A DNA stretch of 64,000 nt, from positions 10,256-74,255 of the forward strand of contig JAFGGA010000047.1 in NCBI GenBank assembly GCA_016930835.1, written 5' to 3'. Under the pieces are notes generated by a model. It saw only the letters and a program-made list of their open reading frames with translations. It did no database searches and was not told where the DNA came from. Shown piece by piece: positions 38,975 through 48,606 of this stretch. The stretch is from Deltaproteobacteria bacterium (GTDB taxonomy: Bacteria > Desulfobacterota > DSM-4660 > Desulfatiglandales > HGW-15). Position 1 is the stretch's first letter, and each line of letters begins with the position of its first letter. The translations under genes and the position numbers were made by a program.

Positions 38975-39561
38975 TGGATGCCGAAGACGAGAAAGACCTG
39001 CCCCTGTCAACCGAAGATGGTGAAGAAAAGAACCCGGAAAAGGATGAGGATATCCGGGAGGCAGATAAAGAGGACGTAGAGGCAACATCAACGAAAGAGC
39101 CTAAGAACCGAGGGTTCGCTTTTTTCAGTCGAAACTGGTTGATACTCGTTTTGTCGATATGCCTTATCGGGGCCATAGTGGGATTGACGATGCGATTTGC
39201 TCCTCAATACATACCCCATTGGCAGAAAAAATCAATGGTCGATCCCTCGGAGGGCATGAAGGATAATATGCGTGAAGAACCTATTGAGCCTTTTTTCATC
39301 CCGTTATCGCCGGGGGTATCCAGGGAAGTGATCCGCCTGGATCTATCCGTCTTATTGGATGGTTTAGCCTATTTTCGCTACTCCAAGAATGATATATGGG
39401 CGAGAGATCGTTTGTATCAATATCTGGTGGAGGAGGCGAAGAAAGACCAGGATTTTGATACCCGGATATCGGTCTTGGAGATGGAAATGGGCGGGATCTT
39501 GAAGGAAACTTTGAATGTAAATAATGTTTTGATTAGAATACGGGAGGTCAAAGCATTTTAG
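38971..39561 (+). CDS. FliL-like membrane protein (second, divergent)
   Basis: Acidic N-terminus, one TM helix, IEPFFIPL..IRLDLSV..ARDRLY pattern reminiscent of FliL. Confidence 0.45.
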   Translation: MMDAEDEKDLPLSTEDGEEKNPEKDEDIREADKEDVEATSTKEPKNRGFAFFSRNWLILVLSICLIGAIVGLTMRFAPQYIPHWQKKSMVDPSEGMKDNMREEPIEPFFIPLSPGVSREVIRLDLSVLLDGLAYFRYSKNDIWARDRLYQYLVEEAKKDQDFDTRISVLEMEMGGILKETLNVNNVLIRIREVKAF

Positions 39562-39600
39562 TATCCTCCCTCTTTTTCGGCAAAAAAAGGAGTTGGAGAC

Positions 39601-39873
39601 ATGGAATCGTTTTCAAATCTAAATAAATCCGGGTCTATTTCACCTTCTTCGAGCGGCATATGGCGGATACAGAAAAAAAGAAGGACAACGGATCGTAACC
39701 ACAGGAAAAGGGATCCGAACAACCCGGAAGAAAAAGAGACGCCGGATGTCATATTTGATGTCATGGGGGAGGAGATGATCCCGACCGAAGAGGATCAAAC
39801 GGAAAATCAGCCTGAACAAGAAAGGGATGACAAGGAAAAAGGTCCCGGCAACAAGATCGACTTGACCATTTGA
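39601..39873 (+). CDS. Small charged hypothetical protein in the flagellar operon
   Basis: ATG after GGAG; ends GNKIDLTI. Confidence 0.5.
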   Translation: MESFSNLNKSGSISPSSSGIWRIQKKRRTTDRNHRKRDPNNPEEKETPDVIFDVMGEEMIPTEEDQTENQPEQERDDKEKGPGNKIDLTI

Positions 39874-39877
39874 GATT

Positions 39878-40435
39878 ATGATAAACATGGAACCTCATAC
39901 ATGGGTCATCGGCCAGGTTATTATGGATATCATCATAGCCCTGATCCTGCTTTGGTATATTCGATATCATGGTAAAAGACAAAAAGCCGATATGGATTAT
40001 CATACGGCGATTTTACGAGCTGAAAAGATTCTCTCGGAAATGGACAGGATCAGTAAGGGGTTGGAGCGTAATTTAGAGGAGAAAAAAAGGCTGAGTCATC
40101 GAATTCTCAATCAATTGGATGAAGGACTTCAAGGAGCGGAGGAATGTCGCCTGCAGCTTGAAAAGATCGTACGGCAATATATTATGATTATCGATAACGC
40201 ATCTCCTGCATTGAAAGACGCCGGGCAGGCCCGTCAGTCTGTCAACACTTTATTGGAAAAGGGGCTTACCAAAGAAGAGATCGCAAGGGATTTGGAGATT
40301 TCGCTAGGGGAGATTGAGTTATTGCTCAAAGTCCAGACGCATGAAGATATGAATCAAACCCGGAAGCGACCGGGAACAAATAAATGGTTTGAGTCGTTAC
40401 CCAAACAAGGCCCGGTTAGGTCAAAAGATAGCTGA
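39878..40435 (+). CDS. Membrane-anchored coiled-coil protein with C-terminal HTH (DUF2802-like)
   Basis: N-terminal TM, coiled coil, GLTKEEIARDLEISLGEIELLL. Confidence 0.65.
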   Translation: MINMEPHTWVIGQVIMDIIIALILLWYIRYHGKRQKADMDYHTAILRAEKILSEMDRISKGLERNLEEKKRLSHRILNQLDEGLQGAEECRLQLEKIVRQYIMIIDNASPALKDAGQARQSVNTLLEKGLTKEEIARDLEISLGEIELLLKVQTHEDMNQTRKRPGTNKWFESLPKQGPVRSKDS

Positions 40436-40446
40436 AAAAAGACGCG

Positions 40447-41523
40447 ATGTTTTATCGAGTTTCCAATATTCACTCCTTACAACCCGCCAAAATTCAAAAT
40501 CCGTTGCCACGAGAATGGAATTTCAAGGTGGGGGATATCTTCAAAGGGACCGTAACACAAAAATTCTCCCAAGGAGAGATCCTGATCAATGCCCAAGGTA
40601 GACAGTTCAGGGCCTATACGGGATTGAATCTCCCTGAACGGAGTGAGCATCATTTTCAAGTCAGGAGCCTCGGGAGCAAGGTTGAGCTGAAAGTCTTGGA
40701 TGGCGTGATCAGCAAAGAGCCATCAACTTTACAGCTATGGGCCTCAGGACGTGCAAACAGAGAACAATTGTCAAATTTTCTCCTGACCTTATCCGGCGCG
40801 CGTCATCTAAAAGGATTATCTTCTTTATCCATAGAGGCCCTTAAGAATAGTTCCCAACTTGTGCCATCCATAATCTTCAACGATCAGATCAAGAACGGCA
40901 AGGAATGGATGGCGCGTTTTTTGGCAGGAAGCGGTCTTTTTTGGGAAAATAAGATTGTACGACATTTTTTTGGAGAGAAGGCCACATCTTGGAGGATCTT
41001 GTTGGCCAATGATCTTAAAGGGACTCTACTATCCTTGATTAAGGTATTACGGTCGGAAAAACAAGGTGGTGAGGGACTCGAAAAGGTCATTGCCGATATC
41101 GAACAGGCTGTATACCTGATTGAAGAGGATCAGATCCTAAATCTATCCTCCATGCGGGAAGGCTTGGGGTGGTTTTGGCTGATTCCAGGCCGGACGGATG
41201 AAGGTTTTCATGGGGCTGAGCTTTTCGTGAAGGATACAAAGGATGATGGTGAAATCCGTTTTTCCATGTTCTTGTCGCTTTCACATTTGGGCAGTTTGGA
41301 AGTCGATGTATCCGTTATTCAGTCCGTACTTGGCATAAAGGTCCTTGTTGAGGATGAACAAAAAGTCACGTATGTAAAGGAGAATTTGCCTTATCTTGAA
41401 AAGGCCCTTCATGGCCTGGGGCTTGGGACCGGGACGATAATATGTGAGATCAAAGATGTCACGGACGAAGAAACAGGACCTTTTTCACACTCGGAAGGTC
41501 CTTTTGTCCATATCGTGATATGA
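40447..41523 (+). CDS. Second FliK-like (hook-length control domain) protein
   Basis: N-terminal FKVGDIFKGTV..INAQG beta domain, SGLFWE, C-terminal LSLSHLGSLEVDV..ENLPYLEKALHGLGL. Confidence 0.65.
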   Translation: MFYRVSNIHSLQPAKIQNPLPREWNFKVGDIFKGTVTQKFSQGEILINAQGRQFRAYTGLNLPERSEHHFQVRSLGSKVELKVLDGVISKEPSTLQLWASGRANREQLSNFLLTLSGARHLKGLSSLSIEALKNSSQLVPSIIFNDQIKNGKEWMARFLAGSGLFWENKIVRHFFGEKATSWRILLANDLKGTLLSLIKVLRSEKQGGEGLEKVIADIEQAVYLIEEDQILNLSSMREGLGWFWLIPGRTDEGFHGAELFVKDTKDDGEIRFSMFLSLSHLGSLEVDVSVIQSVLGIKVLVEDEQKVTYVKENLPYLEKALHGLGLGTGTIICEIKDVTDEETGPFSHSEGPFVHIVI

Positions 41524-41702
41524 CTTTTGGTTCTCCTCCCCCGTACCCCCGAGCTGCATGCATCGAAAAGACGAAACCTACATGTTGTATTCTATAGAGG
41601 ACATTATCGAAAAACAATAACCTAAACAAATCATAAAACCGAATTTCATCTGTTTTGGATATCGATGTAGTGAATGGAAGATGTAAAATGAAGCGTGTTT
41701 GT

Positions 41703-41718
41703 TGGCATAAAATGTGCT
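41703..41718 (+). promoter_or_regulatory. sigma-54 promoter upstream of the diguanylate cyclase pair
   Basis: TGGCAT-AAAAT-GTGCT, GG-N10-GC. Confidence 0.65.
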
Positions 41719-41770
41719 TTGATGTTTGATTAGATTAGATTGGGAAAGCCTAAAAATCAGAGGCCATATC

Positions 41771-43558
41771 ATGTCCGTCAACCAGGCGATATCGAAAAAG
41801 GATCAACCGTGCATTGGCTTAAAAAGTCCCGATGCGCAAGTTGAATATTCATGTTCCCCGGCCACGAAAGATCTTCGTAATATCATTGATAAAGGTCCTG
41901 ACGCCGTCATTGTCGTTGATAGCGATGGAACTGTACGATTTGTCAATGATGTTTACACAACAGTTTTTGGGCGGAAAGCGGATCAGGTTATGGGAACCCA
42001 TTACATGGTTCCCCGTCCGTTGGATGTCTCTATTGAAATCGATATCCCCCTTCTCGATGGAAGTTTCAGGATCGGAAAAATGAAGGCGGTAGAAATAGAA
42101 TGGAACGGTGGGCAGGGATTTCTCATCACCGTACAAGATGTCACCCACCGGAAAAAAGCAGATCAGGAACTGAGGAGGACAACGGAGGATCTCAAGAAAA
42201 CGGTTCAGGAATTAAGAAGGGCGAACCAACGTATTATCAATCAACAAAGAGCAGTGATTGAGGAAGAGCGTGTCAAGGTCTTGCTTCAAATGGCAGGCGC
42301 GACCGCCCATGAACTGAACCAGCCACTCACGGCCCTATTGGGGAATATTGACCTCATCAAACTAAACGGTGATAACCCGTATGAACTGAACAGATGCATG
42401 GATCGTATTGAAGAGGCCGGAAAGAAGATATCCGGCATTATAAGGCGAATACAGACTATTCCACGTGAAGATTTACAAAAAGTTGACTCAAATGCCTCGC
42501 TATTCAATCTCAAGAAAAAGGTCACCATCCTTTCCCTGGAAGACACGGAGCACGATTTTGAAAAAATCAAAAACGTTTGCCAAAATTATAAGAATATCTC
42601 CTTGATCCGCGCCACATGTATCAAGGACGCCATCACCGTTTTAGAACGCGGGAAGATCGATCTTATCTTATTGGACCATGTCCTCCCCGATGGCACCAGT
42701 ATTGATTTTTTAGAGCTAATGACCCAAAAAGGCATCGATGTTCCGGTCGTGGTGATAACCGGACAGGGTGATGAGATGACCGCCTCCAGATTGATACAAT
42801 CCGGGGCCTATGACTATTTGCCCAAGAACAGGATTAATGAGCGATCCTTGATCCAGGCCATCGTAAATACATTGGAAAAGGTCCGGCTTAAAAAAGAAGT
42901 CCGTGATGTCCAAAAAAAGATGGCGGAGATGTCGACAAAGGATGACCTGACCGGATTATTCAACCGTCGTCATATGGATGAGGTGATACGACAGGAATTT
43001 TCACGCACCCAAAGGTACCATACCGATCTTTCGTGTCTATTATTGGATTTGGATTTTTTTAAACTGGTGAATGACTCCTTCGGCCATATTTTCGGCGATT
43101 ATGTGTTGAAAGAATTTTCCATCGTTCTCAAACAAAATATGCGAGAGTCGGATACGTGTTTTCGTTACGGCGGGGAGGAGTTCATGATACTGCTTCCCAA
43201 TACGGATATCCAAGGGGCCCAACTGGCTGCGGAAAAAATTCGCAGGGTTTTTGAAACAAAAATCTACGATGACGGCACCAACAAAGCATCGGTCACGGTC
43301 AGTATCGGCATCGCATCCGTAGGACATCATCATCCAAAGGCCCCAAAAGATCTAATAGCATTTGCAGATATGGCCCTTTATCGGGCCAAGGCCGGTGGAA
43401 GGAATCGATACGTCATCTATTTTGGTGGCACAATGGATTCCACACCGGATTGGGAACCATACCAAAGGAAAAATATCCAGCAACTTAAGGAGCGGATCTC
43501 ATCTATAGCGGGAAAAACCAGAAAGGCCTCCATTGCTTCCATTGCACTATCGGATTAA
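41771..43558 (+). CDS. PAS-DHp(His)-REC-GGDEF diguanylate cyclase
   Basis: PDAVIVVD..FVN (PAS), AGATAHELNQPL, LILLDHVLPD, DDLTGLFNRR, RESD..RYGGEEF; ATG 41771 after AGAGG. Confidence 0.9.
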   Translation: MSVNQAISKKDQPCIGLKSPDAQVEYSCSPATKDLRNIIDKGPDAVIVVDSDGTVRFVNDVYTTVFGRKADQVMGTHYMVPRPLDVSIEIDIPLLDGSFRIGKMKAVEIEWNGGQGFLITVQDVTHRKKADQELRRTTEDLKKTVQELRRANQRIINQQRAVIEEERVKVLLQMAGATAHELNQPLTALLGNIDLIKLNGDNPYELNRCMDRIEEAGKKISGIIRRIQTIPREDLQKVDSNASLFNLKKKVTILSLEDTEHDFEKIKNVCQNYKNISLIRATCIKDAITVLERGKIDLILLDHVLPDGTSIDFLELMTQKGIDVPVVVITGQGDEMTASRLIQSGAYDYLPKNRINERSLIQAIVNTLEKVRLKKEVRDVQKKMAEMSTKDDLTGLFNRRHMDEVIRQEFSRTQRYHTDLSCLLLDLDFFKLVNDSFGHIFGDYVLKEFSIVLKQNMRESDTCFRYGGEEFMILLPNTDIQGAQLAAEKIRRVFETKIYDDGTNKASVTVSIGIASVGHHHPKAPKDLIAFADMALYRAKAGGRNRYVIYFGGTMDSTPDWEPYQRKNIQQLKERISSIAGKTRKASIASIALSD

Positions 43559-43848
43559 GAGAAATGAGGTCCCATATATCAAGATGGCCGACCCGGCCTT
43601 TTTCGGGTTGTCCATCCTAAGGACGGACATGCCGACGTATTGAGATGATTCGGTGGATGATTTACAAATTGAATCGGCCTTGAAGGAGATGTTATTTTAT
43701 CCTGAAATGATTCACAAACTTCAATCCCATGGTCTCATGTGGGACGAGAGGGCATTGCAAAAAATTTAAAAACTGGATTCGATACAAGGAAGTAGAGGCG
43801 GGCGTTTTTAATATGCTCCTTTCTTAACCGAACAGGCAATAGGAAGCA

Positions 43849-45894
43849 GTGATGATACAAAAAAATCTCTTTACACTGGAACAGCAAGCTTTTCCGCGTG
43901 ATATCCATCGAAGAATCATACAGGTTTTAGTCATCGAAGGTGACCCAGATATGGCATCAGCCATTAAGCGGAAGCTTCAAAAAGCCGTGAAGATGCCATT
44001 TCATGTGACATGCATTGAACGCCTTGAGGATGGTCTGGCTCATCTAGGCAATCATGAAACCCATGTCATCGTTTTGGATCTCATGCTCCCTGACAGCCAA
44101 GATGTGGATACTTTAAGGAGAGTGACGACCCATTCCCCTGACGTCCCGGTTGTGGTCTTGACCGGGAAGCAGGATGAGGAGTTGGCTATTCAGGCTATGC
44201 AAATAGGGGCCCAGGATTATCTCTTTAAGTCTCAATTGGATGAAGATTTTTTAATAAGGTCATTATGTTACGCCATCGAACGTAAAAAATTCGTAAGCAT
44301 GCTTCAGGTCAACGATAAGTGGTTTAAGATGTTGATTGAAAATAATCCCGATGGAATTGTCATTACTGACAAAACACGCCATATCCTTTATGTTAACGCT
44401 ATCGCAAGGAGACTATTCGACCATCCATCACTAGAGCTATTGGATGAACGTATTCCAGTCAATATGCATCCGAATAATATCACAGAGATTTTTTTGCCCC
44501 GAAAAGGCGCTGAAACCATTTTGGCCCAGATGAGGGTCATGGAATTGGAATGGGAGGGTAACGCTGCCTATATTTTGTCCTTTCGCGATATCTCCGATCA
44601 GAAAAGGATCCAATCCGAATTGGAAAAATCCATCCAGGATTTAAACCATACCGTAGAGGAGCTGCAGAAAGCCAATCAAAAGATCCTCGAGCAGCAGAAG
44701 GCGGTCATCAAAGAAGAACGCCTTAAGGTCCTGCTGCAAATGGCGGATGCCACCGCCAACGAGCTTAACCAGCCCATCATTGAATTACTAAGCGGCATTG
44801 AGCACATGGGCGGTTTTAAAAATATGCTGAAAGACTTATATCATCATATGGATCAGATTGAAAACATCGGTCATGAAATATCCGATATTGTACGAAAAAT
44901 CGGGCAATTTCAGGATCATGACACGGCTTTCCCATCCAACCACGATACATTCGATTATCTTGAGGAAGGATTAAAGATCTTATCCGTGGAAGACTCTGGC
45001 GTTTTTTTTAATATGATCAAGATGTACCTCGGAAAGGAATATAAAGGGACCTTAACCCAGGCCCCCAGTATTGATGAGGCCATCAGCATCTTGGGGAAAG
45101 AGTCATATGACCTTGTTCTGCTGGATTATATGATCGAAGATGGAAACGGCCTTGATTTTTTAAAACTTCTGAACAAGAGGGGCGTTGAGATCCCGGTCAT
45201 CGTCATTACCGGCCAAGGAGATGAAATGGTTGCTTCCCAAATGATCCAAGCCGGGGCTTATGATTACCTGCCCAAAGAAATGGTCAGGCGGGATTCTCTT
45301 AAAAAGGCCGTCAATAATGCCATCGGTAAATTCCGCCTGATACAGGAGACCCGAATGGTTCGTGGAAAACTCACGGATATGGCCACCCGGGATGTCTTGA
45401 CCGGGCTTTATAACCGCAGGTATTTTATGGAATCGCTTGAAAGGGAAATTTCTCGCGCCGGACGATATCATACCTCCTTTGTGCTTTGCATGATGGATCT
45501 GGATCACTTCAAGGATGTCAATGATACCTATGGTCATCCTGCCGGGGATATGGTGCTCGGCGAATTCGGCCATATGCTTAAGAGTGCAATTCGGCAAAGC
45601 GACCTGGCCTGCCGTTATGGTGGAGAGGAATTTGCCGTTATCCTGATCGGTGCGGATATGAAAAATGCAGAAAGCATTATGGGGAGATTTAAGGATCTGA
45701 TCGGTTCACATCTATTTCAATACGGTTCAAGTGTATTCCAGCTTACGGTCAGTATCGGGATTGCCTCCTATGATCACAAAAAATTCTTATCCCTTAAGGA
45801 ATTAGTCAGCCATGCGGATCAAGCCCTTTATCAGGCCAAAAAAGCCGGCAGAAATCGAATCATGTCTTTTCAGGGATCAGGGGACAGGGATTAG
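43849..45894 (+). CDS. REC-PAS-DHp(Asn)-REC-GGDEF diguanylate cyclase
   Basis: IVLDLMLPD, NPDGIVITD, ADATANELNQPI, VLLDYMIED, DVLTGLYNRR, RQSD..RYGGEEF. Confidence 0.9.
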   Translation: MMIQKNLFTLEQQAFPRDIHRRIIQVLVIEGDPDMASAIKRKLQKAVKMPFHVTCIERLEDGLAHLGNHETHVIVLDLMLPDSQDVDTLRRVTTHSPDVPVVVLTGKQDEELAIQAMQIGAQDYLFKSQLDEDFLIRSLCYAIERKKFVSMLQVNDKWFKMLIENNPDGIVITDKTRHILYVNAIARRLFDHPSLELLDERIPVNMHPNNITEIFLPRKGAETILAQMRVMELEWEGNAAYILSFRDISDQKRIQSELEKSIQDLNHTVEELQKANQKILEQQKAVIKEERLKVLLQMADATANELNQPIIELLSGIEHMGGFKNMLKDLYHHMDQIENIGHEISDIVRKIGQFQDHDTAFPSNHDTFDYLEEGLKILSVEDSGVFFNMIKMYLGKEYKGTLTQAPSIDEAISILGKESYDLVLLDYMIEDGNGLDFLKLLNKRGVEIPVIVITGQGDEMVASQMIQAGAYDYLPKEMVRRDSLKKAVNNAIGKFRLIQETRMVRGKLTDMATRDVLTGLYNRRYFMESLEREISRAGRYHTSFVLCMMDLDHFKDVNDTYGHPAGDMVLGEFGHMLKSAIRQSDLACRYGGEEFAVILIGADMKNAESIMGRFKDLIGSHLFQYGSSVFQLTVSIGIASYDHKKFLSLKELVSHADQALYQAKKAGRNRIMSFQGSGDRD

Positions 45895-45945
45895 GGGCCG
45901 GGTTGCCTCATTGATTCGCAGGGGAACCGGAAGTGGTTAGCGCGT

Positions 45946-46224
45946 ATGGGGAATAGATTAAAAAAGGCCGTTACCTTAAAATACGAACCAGGAAAGGACA
46001 ATGCCCCCAAGGTGACGGCCAAGGGCCAGGGTATCATCGCGGAACGTATCATTGATCTGGCCCGGGAAGAAGGGATCCCCATTCAAGAGGATCCCGATCT
46101 TATCGGAGCGCTGATTCAGTTGGATTTCTTGGAGGAGATCCCGCCCGAGCTCTACGGCGCAGTGGCCGAGATCCTGGCCTTTGTGTATGGCCTGAATCGT
46201 AAGATGATGGGGAAGAAACCCTGA
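45946..46224 (+). CDS. FlhB-like cytoplasmic-domain protein (EscU/YscU/HrcU family)
   Basis: KAVTLKY..APKVTAKGQG.IAERII..EEIPPELYGAVAEILAFVY; matches the post-cleavage half of FlhB. Confidence 0.92.
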   Translation: MGNRLKKAVTLKYEPGKDNAPKVTAKGQGIIAERIIDLAREEGIPIQEDPDLIGALIQLDFLEEIPPELYGAVAEILAFVYGLNRKMMGKKP

Positions 46225-46268
46225 TCACATGGCGGCCATCGTCTTAATGACAGCTTGTTGGAATCAAA

Positions 46269-46850
46269 TTACCTTCCATCTTCTTTATTGAGCTTAACGA
46301 TATATGCCTGGCCTTCCGGCGTTTGGAGAAAGGCCTTTATTTCGTCGATTTCTTTTCTGATCTCCGCTCCCCTTTCGCCTTTCCATTGATCGATTACATC
46401 GTCTTTTGTCGTAACAAAATTCAATGATCCCTTATAGGCCTCAACCTCTCCCCAGTATTTAGAACCCCGTGTGACGGGGATAAAGGCCATACGAGCCTTC
46501 CAGCCCCCCATTCGAGCCTGCGTGAGCACATAATAGGTTTTCCCCGCCTCAACATCGGCTTCGACAGCTAATTTATTTTCGGCCCTTCCGATAAACAGAT
46601 GCTTTCCTGGATCACATTCGTACGCAAAATAAGACTTGGCTGTGCTGAGACCGACTAATTGGTAATCTTTCCAGATCTGGAAATCAACGGCAAAGGCCAT
46701 CCCGGATGGCCGCATAAAGTAAATAAGCGCCTTACCTTGTGATGGGCCAATGAGGGTTTCTGCGGGACGCATGTAAGGACTTGAACCGGCACAACCGATG
46801 CAAAAAAGCAGAACCGCAAGTGAGATAAAAACCAAATATTTTTTGTTCAT
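46269..46850 (-). CDS. Lipoprotein (DUF2846-like)
   Basis: Lipobox CIGC, ALIYFMRPS, YECDPGKHLF, EAGKTYYV. Confidence 0.7.
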   Translation of the reverse strand: MNKKYLVFISLAVLLFCIGCAGSSPYMRPAETLIGPSQGKALIYFMRPSGMAFAVDFQIWKDYQLVGLSTAKSYFAYECDPGKHLFIGRAENKLAVEADVEAGKTYYVLTQARMGGWKARMAFIPVTRGSKYWGEVEAYKGSLNFVTTKDDVIDQWKGERGAEIRKEIDEIKAFLQTPEGQAYIVKLNKEDGR

Positions 46851-46890
46851 ACGAGCCTCCTTATGGATGAAGAATATTTTGAGCTATTTA

Positions 46891-48264
46891 TCAGTTTTTT
46901 TCCCTCTTATCAAGCCTTTTCATAAACTCCCATAACGGTCCTTTGATGCCGAACCGGCGTAATGTCCGTTGGCCCCGCTCGGTCATATTAATATTCAGCC
47001 CGGGGAAGATCCAAGTGGGATTTTGTTTGGAGTACCCTTCGATAAAAGAAAGAATCTCATTCTGAATGGCGCGTGAGATATAAAAAACGGGGTCCAAAAA
47101 ATCCTCATTCGGATCAATCATCCCTTCATTCAAAGCGATCTCAGCCAACCTTGTATGCGGAAAGATGCGAGTGCCGATCATCACGATGGCCGTTGTCGGC
47201 AACATGCCTTGAACGGTATCCAGGGTCTGCTGGGCGGTGGCCATGGTCTCGCCAGGCCCCCCAAGCAGAAGAGAATGACAAAAGGCCATCCCCGATTCCC
47301 GGCAGATCTTGGAAGCATGTTGAAGATCTCGAATTGTAAAATTTTTCCCCATATTGACGAGCATGGCATCATGGGCCGAGTCCGTCCCGAATTCCACGCT
47401 CGTACAACCGGACTTCAACATAAGGTCCAACAGGTTCGGCGTGACGAACCGGGGATTGGCATAACAGCTCCATTTTATCGTTAACCGGCGTTGAATGATC
47501 TCCCGGCATACGCCTTGCGCATGATCGATAGGGTAATTAAATGTGCTATCCACTATAAAGAGGGTATCGACGCCGTATCCCAATAACCGTTCAATCTCAT
47601 CGCAAACCCGGGTCGGATCGCGCAGCCTCATTTGGTTGCCTTCGATAATAGGATACGTGCAATAGATGCATTTGAATGGGCACCCCCTCTTGGTCTGGAT
47701 GTTCCCCATGCCGCCTTTTGTCAAGTATAGCCGGTTGTCAAACCCTGATCGATCCGGAAGCGGTATGGCGTCCAGGTCTTTTGCCATTCCATTTTCGCTA
47801 TGGAAGATTTTGCAGGGCGGTCCCTTATTGGCGCCGTCTCCCGCCTGAAGACGTTTTAACAACTCAATAAACGCAAATTCCCCTTCCCCGACAATACCGT
47901 AGTCGGCCTCCAGATAATCCATGATCTGATCCGGCAATAAGGCTAAACCGCTTCCCCCCAAGACGACGGGGGTAGAACACATTCGCTTGATGGTTTTGAC
48001 GACCTTTTGATAAAATGGCAGATACGAAATGGAATTGGGGTAACTGACGTTATCTACATTTCTCAAAGACAGACCAATGACATCCGGTTTGAATGCGTTA
48101 ATGGCGGATTCAATGGCTGACTCATAATCTGCAACAAAGCATAGATCCAGGATGTGACATGGGATGTTATTTTCTCTTAGTGCTGCTGCGAGATAGGCCA
48201 GTCCCAGGGGGAAGACAGGGTCGGGAAGGGTCTCAATGTTGGGGGAGATCAGTAAAACGTTCAT
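46891..48264 (-). CDS. Cobalamin-binding radical SAM enzyme (lipid biosynthesis/ladderane-cluster-type)
   Basis: PVFPLGLAYLAAAL, VIGLSLRNVDN, VVLGGSG (B12-binding); QTKRGCPFKCIYC; FIVDSTFN, EFGTDS. Confidence 0.88.
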   Translation of the reverse strand: MNVLLISPNIETLPDPVFPLGLAYLAAALRENNIPCHILDLCFVADYESAIESAINAFKPDVIGLSLRNVDNVSYPNSISYLPFYQKVVKTIKRMCSTPVVLGGSGLALLPDQIMDYLEADYGIVGEGEFAFIELLKRLQAGDGANKGPPCKIFHSENGMAKDLDAIPLPDRSGFDNRLYLTKGGMGNIQTKRGCPFKCIYCTYPIIEGNQMRLRDPTRVCDEIERLLGYGVDTLFIVDSTFNYPIDHAQGVCREIIQRRLTIKWSCYANPRFVTPNLLDLMLKSGCTSVEFGTDSAHDAMLVNMGKNFTIRDLQHASKICRESGMAFCHSLLLGGPGETMATAQQTLDTVQGMLPTTAIVMIGTRIFPHTRLAEIALNEGMIDPNEDFLDPVFYISRAIQNEILSFIEGYSKQNPTWIFPGLNINMTERGQRTLRRFGIKGPLWEFMKRLDKREKN

Positions 48265-48299
48265 AACGATAATTTATGGATAGGCCATTGTTATTAAAG

Positions 48300-48420
48300 G
48301 TCTCAGAATAGTATTCACGGTTCGTCGTGCTGAAAAGCCATTGGATTCCGGCCTTCGCCTGTGTGCTTGCGGACACGCACGGTCAGGCCGGAATGACGGT
48401 GGTGTGGAAAATTATGAGAC
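48300..48420. mobile_element. 121-bp MITE-like element with nested 30-nt hairpin
   Basis: GTCTCAGAAT...ATTATGAGAC termini; body matches 22470-22559 plus the insert at 48360-48389. Confidence 0.78.
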
Positions 48421-48464
48421 CGTTGATTTATCCATCTGGCCTATCTGAATTTAGTAATTTTAGA

Positions 48465-48552
48465 AAGGCACAAGGCTCAAAGCACAAGGCGCAGGGGATA
48501 AATCCTGCGAATTATTGGACCCTTTGCACCTTGTGCCCTGTGCCTTGAGTCC
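48465..48552. repeat. Opposed heptamer tandem arrays forming an imperfect inverted repeat
   Basis: aaggcac-aaggctc-aaagcac-aaggcgc, spacer, then the reverse complement of aaggcac-agggcac-aaggtgc. Confidence 0.75.
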
Positions 48553-48606
48553 ATTGAAAAATATTCCATAAGGTTTGAGTGCGCCATAATCCAAATCTTT
48601 TAAAAG

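Noticed and set aside
43583-43616. Hairpin after the first DGC considered as an ncRNA or riboswitch
   Set aside because: Single imperfect stem with no recognisable aptamer; could be a weak terminator.
48299-48552. Repeat cluster considered as a CRISPR array or cobalamin riboswitch upstream of the B12 rSAM
   Set aside because: No constant repeat-spacer periodicity, no cas genes, no B12-box; matches the MITE and heptamer families seen elsewhere.
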